A DNA stretch of 64,000 nt from Bacillota bacterium (GTDB lineage Bacteria > Bacillota > Sulfobacillia > UBA995), in contig DATIKW010000018.1 in NCBI GenBank assembly GCA_035477115.1, positions 21,256 to 85,255 on the forward strand, written 5' to 3'. The notes under the pieces were generated by a model that worked only from the letters and a program-made list of their open reading frames with translations, did no database searches and had not been told where the DNA came from. The position numbers and the translations under genes are program-made. This document shows, one piece after another, positions 58,352-64,000 of this stretch; the stretch's first letter is position 1; the number at the start of each line of letters is the position of its first letter.

Positions 58352-59146
58352 TCAGTAGGTGGTCAGGGCTCCCTGGCGTTTGGCTCTCCGTAGCATGGCC
58401 CGGGCGATCCAGGCGCCGGAGACAGTCCATCCGAACGCGACCGCCGCTTGAGCCGCGAACCCCATCCCCGCGGGTTCACCGGCCAACACCCGTTCCACCA
58501 GGCTGAAGGCCCAGCCGAGTGGCGACCCATGTCCCATGGCGAGCAGGGCCGGCGGGAGGGCGGCGACGGGGATGAAGAACCCCGAGAAGAAGAGCATGAA
58601 GAAGATGAGCACCTCGCTCAGACTGCCCACTTGCTTGAAGCGCACCGAGATCCCGAACAAAACTAGCCCCATGCCCATGACCCCGCCGAGCCCAAGGATC
58701 AGCGTCAACCCCAGCTTCACCCACTGCCCGCCCGACAACTCCCCGAGGGCCGATGCACTTCCGGTCAGCAGGGTGGCAATAGCGGCGAACGGGATGATCC
58801 AGACCAGGGACATGATCACCTCACCCACCGCCTGTCCTGCGAGTTGGAAGAAGACGGGAACGCGAGCCGTCAAGAGCTGAGAGAGGGTTCCCAGGGTGGC
58901 CTCCTCGATCATCATGTTGCTCATCTTGGCCAGTACATGAGCCGCGAAGTACCAGAGGAGGAATCCCAGGATCCTCGCCAGGTTCTCTCGCGGGCTGAGC
59001 GCCGGATAGGCGACCACCATGGCTGCCAGGAAGATGACCTTGATAGCGATCCCCACGACGTAATCGGCGAGGTAGTGCCGATATTCGCCCCTTTTCTTCA
59101 CCAATACCGCTTGCAGCGCCCAGACGGCTTGTACGATGTCTCTCAA
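58352..59146 (-). CDS. ABC-2 family transporter permease
   Basis: Six TM helices with an ABC-2 type topology. It overlaps the upstream ATPase gene. Confidence 0.75.
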   Translation of the reverse strand: MRDIVQAVWALQAVLVKKRGEYRHYLADYVVGIAIKVIFLAAMVVAYPALSPRENLARILGFLLWYFAAHVLAKMSNMMIEEATLGTLSQLLTARVPVFFQLAGQAVGEVIMSLVWIIPFAAIATLLTGSASALGELSGGQWVKLGLTLILGLGGVMGMGLVLFGISVRFKQVGSLSEVLIFFMLFFSGFFIPVAALPPALLAMGHGSPLGWAFSLVERVLAGEPAGMGFAAQAAVAFGWTVSGAWIARAMLRRAKRQGALTTY

Positions 59147-59943
59147 CGTCCCGTCCCCCTCGTGACGCGGAGAAAGGCCTCCTCCAGGGGAAGCGCCGCC
59201 TGCTGGTCGAGGGAGACAGTGCCCAGGAGGCTCGCCAGTTCACCGAGCTTCCCCGACCATAGCACCCGGCCGTCGTCCATGAAGCAGAAGGTATCGCCCA
59301 CTCGTTGCACCACGCCCATGTCATGAGAGGTGAGGAGGATCGTCTTGCCATCCCGATCGCGCAGCCCCTGAAGAAAGCTGACTATCTGTGCGCGGGAGGG
59401 CACGTCCAACCCCATCGTCGGCTCGTCCATCACCAGATAATCGGTGCCTTTGAGGATGCTTATGAGCAGCGCGAGTTTCTGTTTCATACCTCGGGACAGC
59501 TTATAGGCCTCAACGTCGATCTTGTCTTCAAGGTCGAGGGCCGCCAACTGCTCGGCGACGGCCCGCCGCCTGGGCCGTATCTGGTTGAGAGAGGAGAAGT
59601 AGACGAGATTCTCCCAAACGCTGAGGTAATCGTAAACGTTCTCCGCCTCCTCGAACACGAAGGCGATGTGTTGGCGAGCCCAGGAAGGACTGCTAACGAG
59701 ATCCGCTCCCCGGCAGCGGATGGTCCCGCCGTCCGCCAGGACCAGGCCGGCGATGCAGTTCACCAGCGTGCTCTTACCTGCGCCGTTCGGCCCGAGGAGA
59801 GCGGTAATCGCGCCCGCCGGACAGGTGAGATCGACCTGGGCTAGAGCCTTGACCCCCCCTGGATAGGTCTTGGCCAGCCGGGAGATCACCAAATCCGAAC
59901 TCGTAACGATATCCTCTGATCGTGCGACGACGGGGTGCTTCAC
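59143..59943 (-). CDS. ABC transporter ATP-binding protein
   Basis: Walker A GPNGAGKST, ABC signature and Walker B. GTG start. Confidence 0.85.
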   Translation of the reverse strand: MKHPVVARSEDIVTSSDLVISRLAKTYPGGVKALAQVDLTCPAGAITALLGPNGAGKSTLVNCIAGLVLADGGTIRCRGADLVSSPSWARQHIAFVFEEAENVYDYLSVWENLVYFSSLNQIRPRRRAVAEQLAALDLEDKIDVEAYKLSRGMKQKLALLISILKGTDYLVMDEPTMGLDVPSRAQIVSFLQGLRDRDGKTILLTSHDMGVVQRVGDTFCFMDDGRVLWSGKLGELASLLGTVSLDQQAALPLEEAFLRVTRGTGR

Positions 59944-60695
59944 TAGATGCTAGCGTGCATCAAGTCTTGGCAGGCCTTCCCAGTCAGGCTTGGCAACCCC
60001 TGCTCCATATAGGCAAGCTCCGTGGAGATGAGGGCCGAGTAAAGGAACAGAGTTGCCACGTAGTACCGCCGAGAGAATAATCTGGCGAAATGTCTTCGCA
60101 GAGGGATGGTGTTAGTTTCCACTGCGTCAACGAGAGTCCCTTCTTCAGCCGCTTCTTGACATTTGTGCCAGGCTCTAAGGAGGTCCTCGGTTACTTCACG
60201 AAGTCTCGCGAACTCCTCCGCCTCCCGGCGGAATGCCTCAGGAAGATTGCCATACTGCATCCAAGTTTCGACGCGGCGCCAGGGCCCGTCCAATACCTCA
60301 GGCTCTATCACAACACCGGTAAACCGATCCGCCAAGGCTAGCTGGCCGAGCTTCTGCGCCAATGGATTGCCGCTATACCCTGCTTCCTCCATCTTGTTCA
60401 GGAGATCTTCGTAGCCTACCAGTACCTCATGGATCGATGACAAAGATGCCTGCAACCGCTGCTCGCCACGGGCGAGGTGTTCTGCGGCCGCTCTCCTTCC
60501 CACAAGACCATTGTCACTGTCACCACCGCTAACAGGCATCAAGAAGTCCGGGCTGCAGCAGACCGCGAGAAAGGCTCGTTCAAGGGCAATGTTGGCCTCG
60601 TGAACATGCACTAGACCCTCATCAACCTTGAGGCTTAGCCACGCCGAAAGGGCCAAGAACGGTTTCTTGGTAGGCTTATGGTTCTTGCCTCCCAT
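59943..60695 (-). CDS. Hypothetical protein encoded by a low-GC (about 55%) gene with its own promoter
   Basis: Its composition differs sharply from the roughly 70% GC flanks. I place the start at MGGKNHKPTKK with AAGGGGGG upstream. No recognisable family. Confidence 0.5.
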   Translation of the reverse strand: MGGKNHKPTKKPFLALSAWLSLKVDEGLVHVHEANIALERAFLAVCCSPDFLMPVSGGDSDNGLVGRRAAAEHLARGEQRLQASLSSIHEVLVGYEDLLNKMEEAGYSGNPLAQKLGQLALADRFTGVVIEPEVLDGPWRRVETWMQYGNLPEAFRREAEEFARLREVTEDLLRAWHKCQEAAEEGTLVDAVETNTIPLRRHFARLFSRRYYVATLFLYSALISTELAYMEQGLPSLTGKACQDLMHASI

Positions 60696-60735
60696 ACCGA
60701 CACCCCCCTTACTTGGGCGCATTTCCCACGCATTA

Positions 60736-60764
60736 ATAATAACGACTATTCGCTCAACCGTCAA
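60736..60764 (-). promoter_or_regulatory. AT-rich sigma-A type promoter TTGACG-17-TATTAT for the low-GC gene
   Basis: Seen on the minus strand inside the 5-prime part of the listed long ORF. Confidence 0.45.
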
Positions 60765-60793
60765 GATCCCTGGACGGCCACGGTGGGGGCGGG

Positions 60794-63171
<2,378 letters not shown>

Positions 63172-63193
<22 letters not shown>

Positions 63194-64000
63194 GTCAATA
63201 TGGCCGGAGCGACCTGGGTCAGCGACGAGACGCCGGAGGCGGTCGCGTGAGCCCGCGCCCCCAGGAACAAGGCCGGCACCGGATTGGCGGTGTGGGTCCG
63301 GGAGGAGGCGTCCTCGATGTTGCCGTGATCGGAGACGAGGATCAGGAGCCGGCGGTCGAGGTCGAGGGCGCTGAGCAGCCCACCGAGGAACGAATCCAGC
63401 ACCTGCAGTACCCTCCGAACATCAGCGGCATCCCGGCCATGACCGGCGCGATCGGTCTGAAAGTACTCGAACATGGCCAGATCATAGTCGGCCGCGGTTC
63501 GAGCGGCCGTCTGCCCCGCCCGGAAGGGGTCGGCCTCCGGCAAGTCGTGGCCTCGGGCCTGAAGAGTAAGGTTGGTGACATCCTGGTAGACGGCTTCGCC
63601 CCGTCGCAGGTCTTCGAGGTCCCGCAGTCTGACCCCGGCGGCGAGCACCGCCAGGGTGGTGGCGGAGTGGCGGAGCCCCTCCGCCGTCATCGCGAAATAC
63701 TCGGGCGTGAAGGCGTTCACGAAGGTCACCTTCCGTCCCGCCTCGGCCGCCCGCCGGAACATGCTTCGGGCGTGGAGTAGCTCTTTTAGACGACCGGTAG
63801 GATGCGCATTGCGGTGGCCGCCGACCAGGGCGGCGGCGTTCACCCCGGTGAAGAGCGTCGTCTGCCCCGTAGCGCTCTGCGGGAGGCCCGCCACCCCGAG
63901 TCCGGCATCCAGGGCAATCAGTGCCGCCGGGATCGGGTGTCCGGCCAATACCACGTGGTAGGCGACGCCCGGCATCCATTCGCCCCTCGCCAGCGGACGG
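63172..64000 (-). CDS. Metalloenzyme-superfamily phosphomutase (archaeal-type cofactor-independent phosphoglycerate mutase ApgM-like), N-terminus outside the window
   Basis: C-terminal LILVSDHGNIEDASSRTHTANPVPALFLG matches the ApgM family C-terminus. The reading frame probably continues beyond the window edge. Confidence 0.55.

Overview
This is a very GC-rich (about 70%) chromosomal segment. It carries sporulation-type genes (yunB, a bofC-like gene, a SpoVD-like PBP with PASTA domains, sigI/rsgI), so it most likely comes from a high-GC endospore-forming Firmicute. Almost all genes are on the minus strand. The high GC content produces many long spurious antisense ORFs, which I ignored.

Left to right, the window contains:
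- A complete division/cell-wall (dcw) cluster at 115-15116: ftsZ, ftsQ, murA, murC, murG, ftsW, mraY, murF, murE, PBP, ftsL, rsmH, mraZ. murD, ddl and ftsA are missing from the cluster.
- A lipoprotein and a zinc-ribbon gene, then a KBL/BioF-type PLP enzyme.
- An MntA antitoxin next to a decayed HepT toxin.
- A creatininase-family gene, a Na+/solute symporter, DppA, 5-formyl-THF cyclo-ligase, an ASCH-domain gene and a DUF134 gene.
- A methylmalonyl-CoA module: carboxyltransferase, small subunit, BCCP, epimerase, and a split B12 mutase.
- A glutamate dehydrogenase followed by a five-gene 2-oxoacid:ferredoxin oxidoreductase cluster.
- yajC, tgt, sigI/rsgI, ruvCAB, a bofC-like gene, and a THF riboswitch in front of a folT ECF S-component.
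- yebC, nadE, larE, a P-type cation ATPase, yunB, tyrS, and a class A PBP with an unusual C-terminal domain.
- An ABC-2 exporter operon preceded by one low-GC gene that looks foreign, then mutS2 and a truncated metalloenzyme at the window edge.

The most notable non-genic signal is a family of perfect GGGGCGGG/CCCGCCCC-stem palindromes, found at four intergenic sites. Coordinates that I derived by hand-counting the sequence may be off by 1-2 nt.
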